From the NCBI RefSeq assembly GCF_963921235.1, contig NC_086108.1:47246001-47310000 (forward strand): a stretch of DNA of 64,000 nucleotides, read 5' to 3'. Shown in pieces: positions 24,915 to 36,825 of the stretch. Numbering within the stretch: position 1 is the stretch's first letter; each line of letters begins with the position of its first letter. The DNA is from Mobula hypostoma (taxonomy: Eukaryota). A program made the translations under genes and the position numbers. The notes beneath the pieces were generated by a model that made no database searches, had not been told where the DNA came from, and was given only the letters and a program-made list of their open reading frames with translations.

Positions 24915-26299
24915 TATTTACAAGCAGATAAACTTTGTAGCCTTCTCAACTAGTATTATGCATGGAAAGCTGATACCAGAACAATTTCTTGTTCTGGGTC
25001 AAGGGTTAAATCCTTTGGATTAATGCAATATTTACCCATCTCGGTGCAATAATGCACACGAGTAAAATAAACATGACTCCATCTCAGCCCACACCCTATG
25101 GAGTTTTCAGATTGCTGTACAGAGCAAACACATGCTGGATGATGAATTTCCAGCAAAGAGAGCTAATAGAAAGCAAACAGATTTAGCAAGGAAGCCTCAT
25201 GCTGAATATCAAACATCTATTATTTTAATAGACAATCATTTACATAAAATATTTTGTTATTTATGAAGCTGTCAAGCCTTTGACAGTAAATACTGAAAGG
25301 AATTGCATTTTTAAATTTGTTTTAACTTATGCATAAAATAAAAAAAATACATGATTGATCAAGGTTTAAATTGTTCTGATACCAGAATTAATATTAATAA
25401 CATGAACATTACCCAAGCATTTAAGTGAGAGGCTCATGGAAATTTGTGTCTATTTACTCATTAAAATAAAATATATATGCAAGTTAAATGTGGAACATTT
25501 ATATTTACCCTTCATAAAATTATGACTAATACATTATGCAACAATGAGGTGTACACAGAATATACAATAAAATGGAAATAATAATCTTGCACTTTAGATG
25601 AGACAAAAAGGCAAAACTATTAAAGCCAATTAGTATTACAAACAAAATAATGATTTTTGTTTAAATGATGTCCTTCAATCAAGAAACGTAATGTATTTTC
25701 AGAATGGTCTTACATTCTAAAACAGAACTCAGATATGTTGATCTGGTTGTTCATATCCTGCTTTTCCAGGAACAAGAAATTATCATAAAAAAACAAACCA
25801 CGGATGTTGAAGATCAGAAGCTCAGCAGAGAAGCAGAGTTAACGAGGGTGGTTCCAATTTCTGTTATACAGGCGAGTATCACTCTATTCATGAAAAATGA
25901 TCATCCCAGAAACACATAAAAATTACTCAACTGAGAATCGGAGAGGCAACAAAGTAGGAATGCTGATGAGACAATCAGCCCTGGAATACTCTTACCACCT
26001 TCAACAAGCAAGAAAATTAACTCTGTGGTAGAACTTCAAGACTCACTCCCACCTCAGTTTGAGACCTTTGGTTTCTGTTCCTCATCTCTTCTTCACACCC
26101 ATCAACTCTGGTTGAAAGATACCCTACAGTAATTCATCCTGTTGTGCAGGTGCTGTCTCATTGACATAACTATCCAATACTTTCCAATTCCTTCCTCTTT
26201 TCCATGCAAATCCTCATATTTTCCTCTTCAAGCACTTAGCCAATTCCCTTCTGAAGTCAGCTTCAGTAAGATTTCACCACCAGATGCATCTCCCTTCCA

Positions 26300-26755
26300 G
26301 CATTTCAGAAGGCCCTTTCTCTTCACAGCTTCCTGCTCCACTCCTGTCTCTCAACAGCCACATCCTTCCCAGAGCATGCTCCCATCTAACCCCAAGAAAT
26401 GCAACTTCTATCCTTTTACTTCCCATTATTCAGAAATCAAAAAATTAATCCAAGTGAAGCAATGATTCACTTGCACTTTTCCTAATCAAGTGTACTACCT
26501 TTGGTGAGCACAACGTAGTTTCCTTTGTATTGAAGAAACCAAATACAGATTGGATTATTGCAATGCAGAAGTGACTGCAAGCTCCCATTACTCACCACTT
26601 GAATTATTTTCTTCTCCCACTCTAACCACATGTCTGCAGGCATTCTGCACTGTTATAATGATGCCTAACAGAAGCCTGAGGAGCAGCACTTCATCTTCTC
26701 AGAGGCCTTCCTGACTCAACACTGAATTCTGCAATGTTAGGTAACTTGCTTTATC
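26300..26755 (+). mobile_element. Degenerate Penelope GIY-YIG fragment
   Basis: tgtattgaagaaaccaaatacagattg (YIGETK-like) and aagcctgaggagcagcacttcatcttc (KLEEQHLIF-like). Confidence 0.6.
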
Positions 26756-26797
26756 TGTCTGTATCAGAAAATGCCATTTCTCTGTAAACCATCCGTT

Positions 26798-27100
26798 ATT
26801 TTACTTAGAGAGACAGCACGGAACAGGCTTTTCCTTTAAGCCATGCCACCCAGCAACCCACCGATTCAACCCTAGCCTAATCACAGAACAATCTACAATC
26901 ATCAGTTAACCCACTACTAACCTGTACACCGAGGGACTGTGGGAGGAAAGCAGAGCACCCAGAGGAAACCCACGCACACATGGGAAGGAACATACATAAC
27001 ACCTGCTTACAGAGGAGGCCGGAATTGAACTCCGAATTCCGACATCCCAAGCTGTAATAGAATCGCTTCCTTAGCACAGCCTAACCAGCTGCGTTATAGC
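26798..27100 (-). mobile_element. tRNA-derived V-SINE (HE1-like)
   Basis: Minus strand has B-box-like gagttcaattcc, V-domain gcgtgggtttcctctgggtgctctgctttcctcccacagtcc and a CR1-like tail. Confidence 0.8.
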
Positions 27101-28549
27101 ATGCATTTCATGCCTTTTCACATTCCTATTGACTGGAATATACAGTTCGGTCTTGCCTTTGTAGCTAAGCCAACAGTACACTGACTACTATCTTAGAATG
27201 TCAGTGTATAATTAACATTCTCACAAAAATATGATTCAGGTTTGAACCTTTCTGTTTTAGAAACATAAAATCACCCCTGAAGCAAGAGATAACTCTGTAG
27301 AATATTCATCCTGCATTCAGCTGAACACATTCTATTTTCAAAGCACACATAGAAACCTACGAACCTGTACAAAAATTGAACAGGAATAAACAGACTAAGT
27401 ACAGGAAGGATGTTCCCAAGGATGTAAAGTCCAGAAACAGAGTACAGAGTTTAAAGATGCTGTAGCATGCCATTTAGAACTGAGATTAATAGAAATTTAT
27501 TCAATTAAAATATAGTGAACACCTCTACCACAGAAGATAAGCAAGGCAAGGTCATCAAAAATACTTACGTTGATATTTTTTTCTGAATACGAAAGTGATG
27601 AGAGTGTTGCGGAGAAAAGGAGTAACAGGATATTGAAATAAATCAGCCATGACCATTTTACAAACTGGATCAGTCCTTACGTAAGTGTCAGAGAGCCAAG
27701 TCTGCTTCTTCTCTATCTCCATGACCGCACCACTCTTAGTCATTTGCAGGAAAGTTATAAATAATTGCTTTTTTAGATGTATACATAAAATAGCTTTACT
27801 TTCTCTGTAACCAAATAAACTTTGGAATAAGCTATACAGCTCTGTGCTGCACATGACACCTTTATATTCATACAGCACTATCTGCCCTAATAAAATTACA
27901 TGCAGTGACTGGCATGGCAAATTTGAAAAAGCTAGCAACCTTCAAACAGTCTATAGAATTAAAAATCCATTAATTTGTTGGATTTTGGATCTGCTTCCAA
28001 TTTTATAACCACATCCTTTATTGCTCTAAAGTTGATAAACTAATTCTGCATGTTAGCGCATCATGCTGAGCTGACTCAGATTCCTTTATATTGCAGATGC
28101 ACAAGATAAAAATAATTGCTATTCCTTCATAAAAGAACTGCATCATTATTCAAGGTTCCATTTAATTTAGGCGTAAAAGTAATCTACACCCATTAAATTA
28201 TCAAACTGTTTCAAAAATAAATGAAAAGTTTTGGATTCCAAATCACATTCTACAGCAGTCATTGCAATAAGACTGCAATGACAATACTGAACTGGTACCT
28301 GTAGAATATGTGCATGCTCTATGTGCAGGTGGGAGGGTATCTCTCGGTTTAATTTTGTGTACCTTAAAAAATGCAACAGACTCTCCAATTGTAGTACTTT
28401 GCAACATGGCTTGATGTTATACTTCGTATTTCTATCAGTCTGACAATGCAACTACATTCTTAAATACAACACTTCCATGTGCCACATAAACAAAATTATA
28501 TATAATCAAAAATAAAAGAATTTCAATAAATAAAGATTGGTGGACTTAC

Positions 28550-28595
28550 CATGTAATTTTGATATGCATGATCAAACATCTCCAATACTTGATCC
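28550..28595 (-). CDS. EDEM3: EDEM3 exon 2 (46 nt)
   Basis: tacag|G GAT CAA ... TAC ATG|gtaagt encodes (R)DQVLEMFDHAYQNYM, matching EDEM3 NQVLEMFDHAYGNYM. Confidence 0.96.
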
Positions 28596-28944
28596 CTGTA
28601 AGTGGAAAAAATGCATCAAATTCATGCATGTCCAGAAGAGCAGTAAAATTATACCCTCCTGGGTCTACAACAGCATTACATTATCCCATGTCAATTTTTT
28701 TTATTACAAAAGCTCTTAAATTAATACTTAAATACTTAAAAAGCTCTTAAATTAATCAATACTTTCCTTCAGACAAATGAAACCATTTGTCCTTGTACCA
28801 GTGGTGTCACAATTGGTGGTCATGGAAGTAAATGGCAAATCTTTCTAATGCATCTTTGGTGAAATATTAGACGTCACAATCAGTAAAGAATTTTGAAAAA
28901 CCAATGCAATCCACACAATTATTTATTTTACAAACAGTAAAAAC

Positions 28945-29082
28945 CAGTGGACCCCAACCTCCGGCCCGCGGACCAAACAAGCTTTCTCTCAAAGATGTGC
29001 TGGGTGCATTCCGGCTACCGCTGCACCCCTGCATGCTTCGCGGATCGGTATCAGTGCGCGGCCCAGAGGTTGGGGACCAGTG
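28945..29082. mobile_element. hAT-type MITE (138 bp)
   Basis: TIRs CAGTGGACCCCAACC / CACTGGTCCCCAACC; perfect 8-bp TSD GTAAAAAC (28937-28944, 29083-29090). Confidence 0.9.
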
Positions 29083-29495
29083 GTAAAAACTATAAGCAAC
29101 TACTGCAAATTTGTTACCATCTCTTATGGGGAAAGAAATTGAAATTCACATTTGTCATTAATTTGGTCACCACAAAATTTTGAACATATAATACAGTGCA
29201 GGAACAGGTCCATCAGCTCACAATGTCTGTGCCATTCATGATACTAACTTAAACACATCTGCCTAAAAATGGCCTATATGGCTATAATCATATGTCTGTC
29301 TCAGTGCTTCTTAAATGATTTGATTAAAACAAATGCTGCCTATCTTAATCCTTACCAGCTTCAGTTACTTTTCACAATTTATACGTGTTATTTTCAAACT
29401 GAACACCTTTCTATAAACATCATACATCTCTTGTTGCTCACAGGAAATGTAATTTATAACTAATGAAAAATGTGCCCTGCAATCCAATATATATT

Positions 29496-30719
29496 TTTTT
29501 GAGGATGTGACGAAACACATTGACAAAGGTAGAGCAGTAGATGTACTGTATAAGGACTTAAGCAAGGTATTTGATAAGGCACGCATGCAAGGCTTATTGA
29601 GAAAGTAAGAAGGCATGGGATCCATGGGGACCTTGCTTTGTGGATCCAGAATTGGCTTGCCCACAGAAGGCAAAGAGTGGTTTTAGAAGGGTCATATTCT
29701 GCATGGAGGTTGGTGACCAGTGGTGTGCCTCAGGGATCTGTTCTGGGACCCCTTCTCATCGTGACTTTTATAAATGACCTGGACGAGGAAGTGGACGGAT
29801 GGGTTAGTAAATTTGCTGATGACACTAAGGTTGGGGGTGTTGTGGATAGTGTGAAGGGCTCTCAGAGGTTACAACGGGACATTTATAGGATGCAAAACTG
29901 GGCTGAGAAGTGGCAGATGGAGTTCAACCCAGATAAGTGTGAGGTGGTTCATTTTGGTAGCTCAAATATGATGGCAGAATATAGTATTAATGGTAAGACT
30001 CTTGGCAGTCTGGAGGATCAGAGGGATGTCGGGGTCCAAGTCCATATGACACTCAAAGCTGCTACGCAGGTTGACTCTGTTGTTAAGAAGGCATAGGGTG
30101 CATTGGCCTTCATCAACCGTGGGATTGAGTTTAGGAGCCAAGAGGTAATGCTGCAGCTATATAGGACCCTGGTCAGGCCCCACTTGGAGTACTGTGCTCA
30201 ATTCTGGTCGCCTCATTACAGGAAGGACATGGAAACCATAGAAAGGGTGCAGAAGAGATTTACAAGGATGTTGCCTGGATTGGGGAGCATGCCTTATGAG
30301 AATAGGTTGAGAGAACTCGGCCTTTTCTCCTTGGAGCGATGGAGGATGAGAGGTGACCAGACAGAGGTGTACAAGATAATGAGAGGCATTGATCGTGTGG
30401 ATAGTCAGAGGCTTTTATCCAGGGCTGAAATGGCTAGCACGAGAGGGCATAGTTTTAAGGTGCTTGGAAGTAGGTACAGAGGGAATGTCAGGGGTAAGTT
30501 TTTTTATGCAGACAGTGGTGAGTGCGTGGAGTGGGCTGCTGGCGGTGGTGGTGGAGGTGGATATGATTGGGTCTTTTAAGAGACTTCTGGATGGCTACAT
30601 GGCGCTTAGAAAAATAGAGGGCTATGGGTAAGCCTAGGTAGTTCTAAGGTAGGGACATGTTCAGCACAGCTCTGTGGGCTGAAAGACCTGTATTGTGCTA
30701 TTGGTTTTCTATGTTTCTA
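29496..30719 (+). mobile_element. 5'-truncated CR1 LINE (young subfamily)
   Basis: ORFs 29638..30096 (GVPQGSVLGP, FADDTK) and 30103..30579; tail tttctatgtttcta; possible TSD atatatt (29489-29495, 30721-30727). Confidence 0.95.
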
Positions 30720-32362
30720 AATATATTACTAGCACGAGTTTAACTTCACTTTCCAGAAAAATATTTTGTTTGATCGATAGAAATGTAATCAATTTTCAGC
30801 ATCATGAATAACAGAATGATTGCAGGAAAGTGTTCATCTCAAATATCAGAAAAAATATATATCTTTGTTCAATGGACATTTAGAAATAACCATTTATTAC
30901 CTTTGTATAAATTTTAAATAGATTGAACTGAATTCACAAAATATATCTGGTACAGAAAATATATCTGCTCACATAAATCTAAATTTACCTAACTTGCATC
31001 AGTCCTGTTCCCCATCAATCCATGCTCTGTCTCCTACAACTGTTCCAATATATTCTTGGATTTAAACATTTCTTCTTCATTTCCATATCTCCCAGCAGCC
31101 TCAGCCCCTTCCTACGCATGTATATTCCACTTACTCTGCATCCTTCCAAAATACTACTCCAATTATGACATCTTGAAAATCTTATTTGAATCAATTCAGT
31201 ACTGGCAGCCATGTACACAACTACTCAGCTCCAAACTCTGGATTCTCTCCCTAGGCATTTTCCCTTTTCACGAGTGCCCCTTAAAGTCGTCTTTTTTGGT
31301 CATCTTCCCTAGTTTCATGTGTTGGTTTGGTATCAAGCGTTAGAACGTAGAAGAGTACAGCACAGCAACAGGCCATTTGGCCCATATGTTGTGCTGAACC
31401 AGCTAAAAAAAAACAAATCAAAAACACCCACTTTTATTTGAATGGTAAAACTTTTCACCAAATAAGGTGAATAACAGCTTCCAAGATATTTTCCAGGAGC
31501 TAATTATCAAAGAGAGATGCCATGTGGGGAAAACACATACTTAGTATTCACAGAGCAGAAGATCCATTCTCTTGTAGCCTTCAATGAACAAATGGACAAT
31601 ATAGTCTCCAAGCATAACCATATCCAAGCTTTGTTTAGGTACTGCAGAACAAAGACTGAATTTGGGGTGCTCCTGGTTCTGGATCAGAGGCAACATAGGT
31701 TACACAGCTTCTCACTCATGTAAAGTAGCTTTACAAACAAGCTACACTCCAGCAAGACACTTCTTGGAGCAGAAGTGCAGCTCAGCAGTGAGGAAGATTG
31801 AGAAAACCTGGGATAAACACACAACCTTGCTTGACACCAACAACCTTTCAGCAAGGTAGACATCAAAGAGGTAAATCATCACCTTCAATGCACCAGTAAA
31901 GTCTTCAGTATCCTGAAGAAAAGATTGTAAGGTCAAGATTCATCCCTTCTTTCTCGTGTGCCTGAGATATAAACTACCGACAATAGACAATTCAAAATAC
32001 TGGATAGATACCACCCACACCAAATCTGCAAAATCCTTCAAATTGACAGTCAAAACAAGAAAAGCACGTCAGTAACCTTCCAAAACCAACATTTCCAGCA
32101 TCGAGGCCCTTAATGCATTGAGACAAATGCAAAGGACAGGTCACATTGTTCTTGTGCCCAATGGCAGATTCCTAAATCAATGGTAACGACAAACAAACTA
32201 GCAAAGGAAAATAGCAAACAAAGAAAACAGGATTAACAATGCAAGTTGGCCAGCATTCCACCTCAGTGCTATGCAGGAAGTCTCCAGGATGTTAAATAGA
32301 ATAAATATGTACAAGCTAGAAAGAGGCAGCCAGTGAACTAGCTTTGATGCTAATGCTCTAGC

Positions 32363-32944
32363 CGTTGGGTACGTTACTAGATACCACACACTTCAAGATA
32401 TTCTCTAATGCTAGGCGTTCGAGCAAATCCGGAACAAACATGCACCCTCTTTATTAAATATTCCCCCAATGGCGATGACATTATGCCAATGATTCATTAT
32501 TTTAATAGAAGACATAAATGTAAACTGATTATACCCCCACAAAGTTTTAAACTGGATAACTTATGTAAATATAATCAGCACGATTTAAGGAGTATCATAT
32601 TTGATTCTGTTCATGTCTTATATGGGGAGGTTATACAAAGTATGATTCTAGAAGCTTCTCATGGTACTGTATTATCTGAATAAGCATTTTCTCATTAGAT
32701 GACTTTTATCTACAAAGTTCAATGGAATTTTCCTTATAGGTATAAAAATAGCTGACTACAAGGCAGTGCCATCTTAGCATCTTAGTTCTCTTGTCTCTCT
32801 CCTTGCTTAGCAGACATCTATCACTGTCAGTTTCAATTTCCTTTTGTTCTATCAATGCTTAATAAAACTATCACAAAACATCAAGTTTTGAGCGTCTTTC
32901 CTGACTACTGAAAGAACCTTGGGTTGAAACATCAGAATCCAACA
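32363..32944 (+). mobile_element. Possible solo LTR
   Basis: TATA-like tataaaa (~32741), AATAAA (32861) and end ccaaca with a near-inverse start cgttgg; no TSD found. Confidence 0.25.
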
Positions 32945-34269
32945 AATGTGACATTTATTTTAGTCAATAGACAGGTACTGCGAATATACATTTCAAGTGA
33001 TTTGTAAAATATGCAACCATCCCTGAAACAGACACGTCAACAATCATTTAATATCAGCTTGAAAATAGATATGATCTGAAATCTGTTGAGAAACCACCAG
33101 CATTTCATCGGCAATTACATGCTGAAACAGAGAACCAGTCATTTATCTTCAATGATTTGTACTTTCCTGAAGACCTAATTTAAAAAACGTTTCTTGAACA
33201 ATTCATAAAAGAACATTTTTTTTTAAAAGTTGTGCTTCAGTTCTACATGGATATTTAAAAGTTAAGGATTATGTTTGCTGAGTAAATGTAACCCCCCAAT
33301 TACTGATGGTATTTTCTTCCCTCACCACTTTCACATCTTTCTGAACTACATATTATACTCACAAAATCTCAGCTCAAAATTTATCCCCAAGCTACTCTTC
33401 AAATTCAGAAAAAGCAATTAATGTTAGAGAAATGTTGCCAATAATATTCAGGTGTTCTCCTTTCAAATACTGGAAAAATCTGTTACATAAAAGTGTCTAG
33501 AAATGTTCAATTGCAGCAGCCCTACAATTCTTCTCTATCCACTCAACTCATCTCCTTCATATTCCTCGCCCATAAAGGTTTCAACTCCACCACAGGTACA
33601 AAGGCTCTGGACAGCTCCTTCACACATATCCCAAAAATAGCAAATCAAGTTAAATGCTAGGATATTAACTGTTTTTCCTTTTAAACCAGAGATCCACAGA
33701 AATCTGTCTACCTGGCTATGTACTACAAATAACTACTTGTTTCATATAACTTTTGATCATCTCTGAATTGGGTTTGCCCAAAGTTCCTCTCTGAATCAGT
33801 GATAACCAGATACAAGGAAAAGAAGCAATCTGAAAACCAAGCACCTAAGGAACATGGAACACAGAAGTAGGTGCAGGTGCAGCAGATTCGTACATGCTTT
33901 CAAATCTAAACCGATATAAAGATAGTACACTGAGAAACAAGCTATTTCCAAGTAATTCATTTTCCAAGGTTTCTAGTATTTCCCCAAAGAATCAAGATTC
34001 AGTTGATTTAAAGGAAAGCAGTGATGAAAAAATTGCTGCCTTGGAGTTGCAGCATCTGGGTGTGACTCTAACCTCTATGCACACTCCACACAGATAGTAC
34101 CATCCTCCCGGTGGCTGCTCTGCTATACCGTTTCTTCCATAAGAAAAACGTACCAGTTGGCAGATTAATTGGCCATTATAAATTGTCTCTAGGTGAGAGA
34201 AAAAAACTGGCCTGGAGTTGATAGGAACGTGAAAAGTATAAAATGGATTTAGTCTACAATTCACTTAAG

Positions 34270-34880
34270 GGTTGTATTCAGATCCAGTCAGTAATGAGGA
34301 AATCTAACAGAATGTCATCATTTATTGCAAGGGGAACTGAATATTTAAGTAGGGAAATTACACTTCAGCTTTACATGTCACTGGTGAGATCACGCCTTAT
34401 TTAAGGAAGAATGCTCATGTGTTGGAAGCAACTTAGACAATGTTCACTAAACTGATTCCAGGAATAAGCAGGTTGTCTTATGAGGAAAGTTTAGATAAGA
34501 TAGGCCTGAGGTTGCTGAAAGAGTTAAGAGTAATCTGATTAAAACATAAAACACGTAAAAGAGGCTTTGACATAGTAGATATGTAAAAGTTTTGAAAAGA
34601 AGAATCTAGAATGTACTATTTGAAAATAAGTGCTCATCCAGTTGTGACAAAGATTAATCTTCTTATTCTTCTCACAAAGGGTTTGGTTTTTGCAACATTT
34701 CTTCAAAGGGTGGAGAACACAGTCTTCAAGCAATTTTTAAGACAACCTAGACAGAATCTTGATAAGCAAGAAGTGAAAGGGAATTTAGCTGATCTGATTA
34801 ATAAGATTAACGCTATCTGACTGTACTGTGGAGCTAGCTCACGCAATTGCTTGGTCTGCTCTTGTTCCTAATTTATATGC
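34270..34880 (+). mobile_element. Degenerate CR1 3' fragment
   Basis: ttcactaaactgattccaggaata...tcttatgaggaaagtttag and a CR1-like tail. Confidence 0.6.
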
Positions 34881-34929
34881 TAGTTCATAACAATATGTAA
34901 TATTATGAATGAGGGTAGGCAGCAGATCC

Positions 34930-35374
34930 CACCACCCAGGACATGCTCTCTTCTTGCTACTGCCATCAGGAAGGTGGTACAGGAGCCTCAGGACTCACCC
35001 CACCAGGTTCAGGAACAGTTACTACTCATCAACCATCAGGCTCTTGAACCAAGGGGGATAACTTCAGTCAACTTTACTTGCCATCATTGAGATGTTCCCT
35101 CGACCTACGGACGCACTTTCAGGGACTCTTCATCTCTTGCTCTTGATATTTATTGCTTATTTATTTATTAATTATCATGTCTTTCTTTTTATTTTTTGCA
35201 ATTTGTTGTCTTTTGCACACTGGCTGAATACCCAAGTTGCTGCAATCTCTCTTGAATTGATAATGGTTAATAGTCTATTATGGATTTACCATGCCCACAA
35301 GAAAACGAATCTCAGGCTGGTCTATCGTGACATCAATGTACTTTGATAGTAAATTTACTTTGTTCTTTAAATTA
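34930..35374 (+). mobile_element. Rex1/Babar-type LINE 3' end
   Basis: ctactgccatcaggaaggtggtacaggagcctcaggactcaccccaccaggttcaggaacagttac, shared with 44790-44900 and 63500-63590; ends tactttgatagtaaatttactttg. Confidence 0.8.
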
Positions 35375-35391
35375 CGACTCTTTCATTACAT

Positions 35392-35506
35392 AACAAATGC
35401 CAAAGGTCGAAACATGAAAATCTTTAAATACCTTTGTTTCCTTTGTAACTAATGCAAAATATATATTTGAACAAAAAGGTCAATCTGAAGTATGGAGTGA
35501 GGCAAC
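35392..35506 (+). repeat. Inverted duplicate of the EDEM3 intron-6/exon-7 junction (partner 12296-12410)
   Basis: 35411-35506 matches the reverse complement of 12296-12391 at 88/96 positions without gaps, including a perfect 36-nt run TTTGAACAAAAAGGTCAATCTGAAGTATGGAGTGAG. Confidence 0.93.
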
Positions 35507-36534
35507 TTTGAAATAACCATTTTGTCAATGCACTGATTTATAAAGAACAGCTTTATACTTTTATTCTGATTCTTCACACACATCTCTTAAAGACAGCTTT
35601 CTGTGTCTTGTAAATAGCCACGTAATTCACACCGAAACAGTGATTTAATTTACATATGATTTGTACAAGCTGCAGGTGAGTCAACATTAGGAAACATTCA
35701 CAGCAAGAGCACATCAGTTCCTAGGTTCCCAGCGCTCATTTAATAGATTATGCTACTTTTCGGGGTTGTTTTTCCATTCATAATATAACTACATGCACCA
35801 GTTCTAAATCTGACCAAAACCAAACAAGCAAAAAGTTTAACAAATAATGGTTGTTGCATCCAGAACTAAATGTTTACAACTATTGAAATTAATATGATTG
35901 CCAATTCCTTTCTACTTTGTGGTTTAAAGTTTGGTTTAATGTTTCCTCTCTTGGAGCCAACTATAATGACTGGTGCCTCTGACAAAACCAAAACCAAAAA
36001 AGACAACTATCTGTTCAATACTGTTAAAATATTGCTCAGCAATTAAGCCTCAGGATAATTTGCACAATTAAACACACAGTAAAACAAAAGACTAGAGAAG
36101 TATTTTGAGAAGGCGTCTCTTTCTCCATGAATAAGAGCCTTTTCCTGGAATATTAGGCCACTCAGGATGGGATACACTCTTACAATCAGGAAGGAAAAAT
36201 ACCACTCATAAGTTTGGGCTGTAAACTAAATACTCAGGTTATGTGTAATGGGAACTAATTTTATGCAAAAATGAGTTTTTCCCATTTAAAAAAAAGCCAA
36301 AACAGGTTAATGCAAAACTGTATGGTACTTCTAATTGATTACAGAGGGTCTTGTTTTGAGCATGTTTACGAAGGGCCCCAGGTTATGAGTGCCTTGATTA
36401 ATGGAAATCTGACTTTACATAAATTCCCTCATATATTTTTAATGCATTTTTCCATCCATAATACATTTCATTGTGTTCATTAATGACTATCAACAGTACG
36501 TGCTCCATTAGGGCAGGGTAATTCAGAAGTAAAT

Positions 36535-36825
36535 ACAAGCAGGCTTTTCCCAACGAGAACTAGACCTTATGGGTTAAGGGTGAAAGATGAAATGTTTAAG
36601 GAGAACATGAGGGGAAACCTCTTCACTCAGAGGATGGTGAGAGTGTGGAACCAGCTGCCAGTGGAAGTGGTGGACATGGGTTCTATTTCAACATTTAGAG
36701 AAGTTTGGATAGGTACATGGATGGGAGGGGTATGGAGGCTATGGTCCAGGTGCAGGTTGATGGGACTAGAGAGATTAATAGTTTGGCATGGACCAGATAA
36801 ACAGAAGGGCCTGTTTCTATGATTC
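36535..36825 (+). mobile_element. CR1 3' fragment
   Basis: ORF 36580..36822 RGNLFTQRMVRVWNQLP is the CR1 ORF2 terminus. Confidence 0.8.

Noticed and set aside
28709..28757. Direct repeat aaaagctcttaaattaat near exon 2
   Set aside because: Short AT-rich slippage duplication more than 100 nt from the acceptor; no sign of function.
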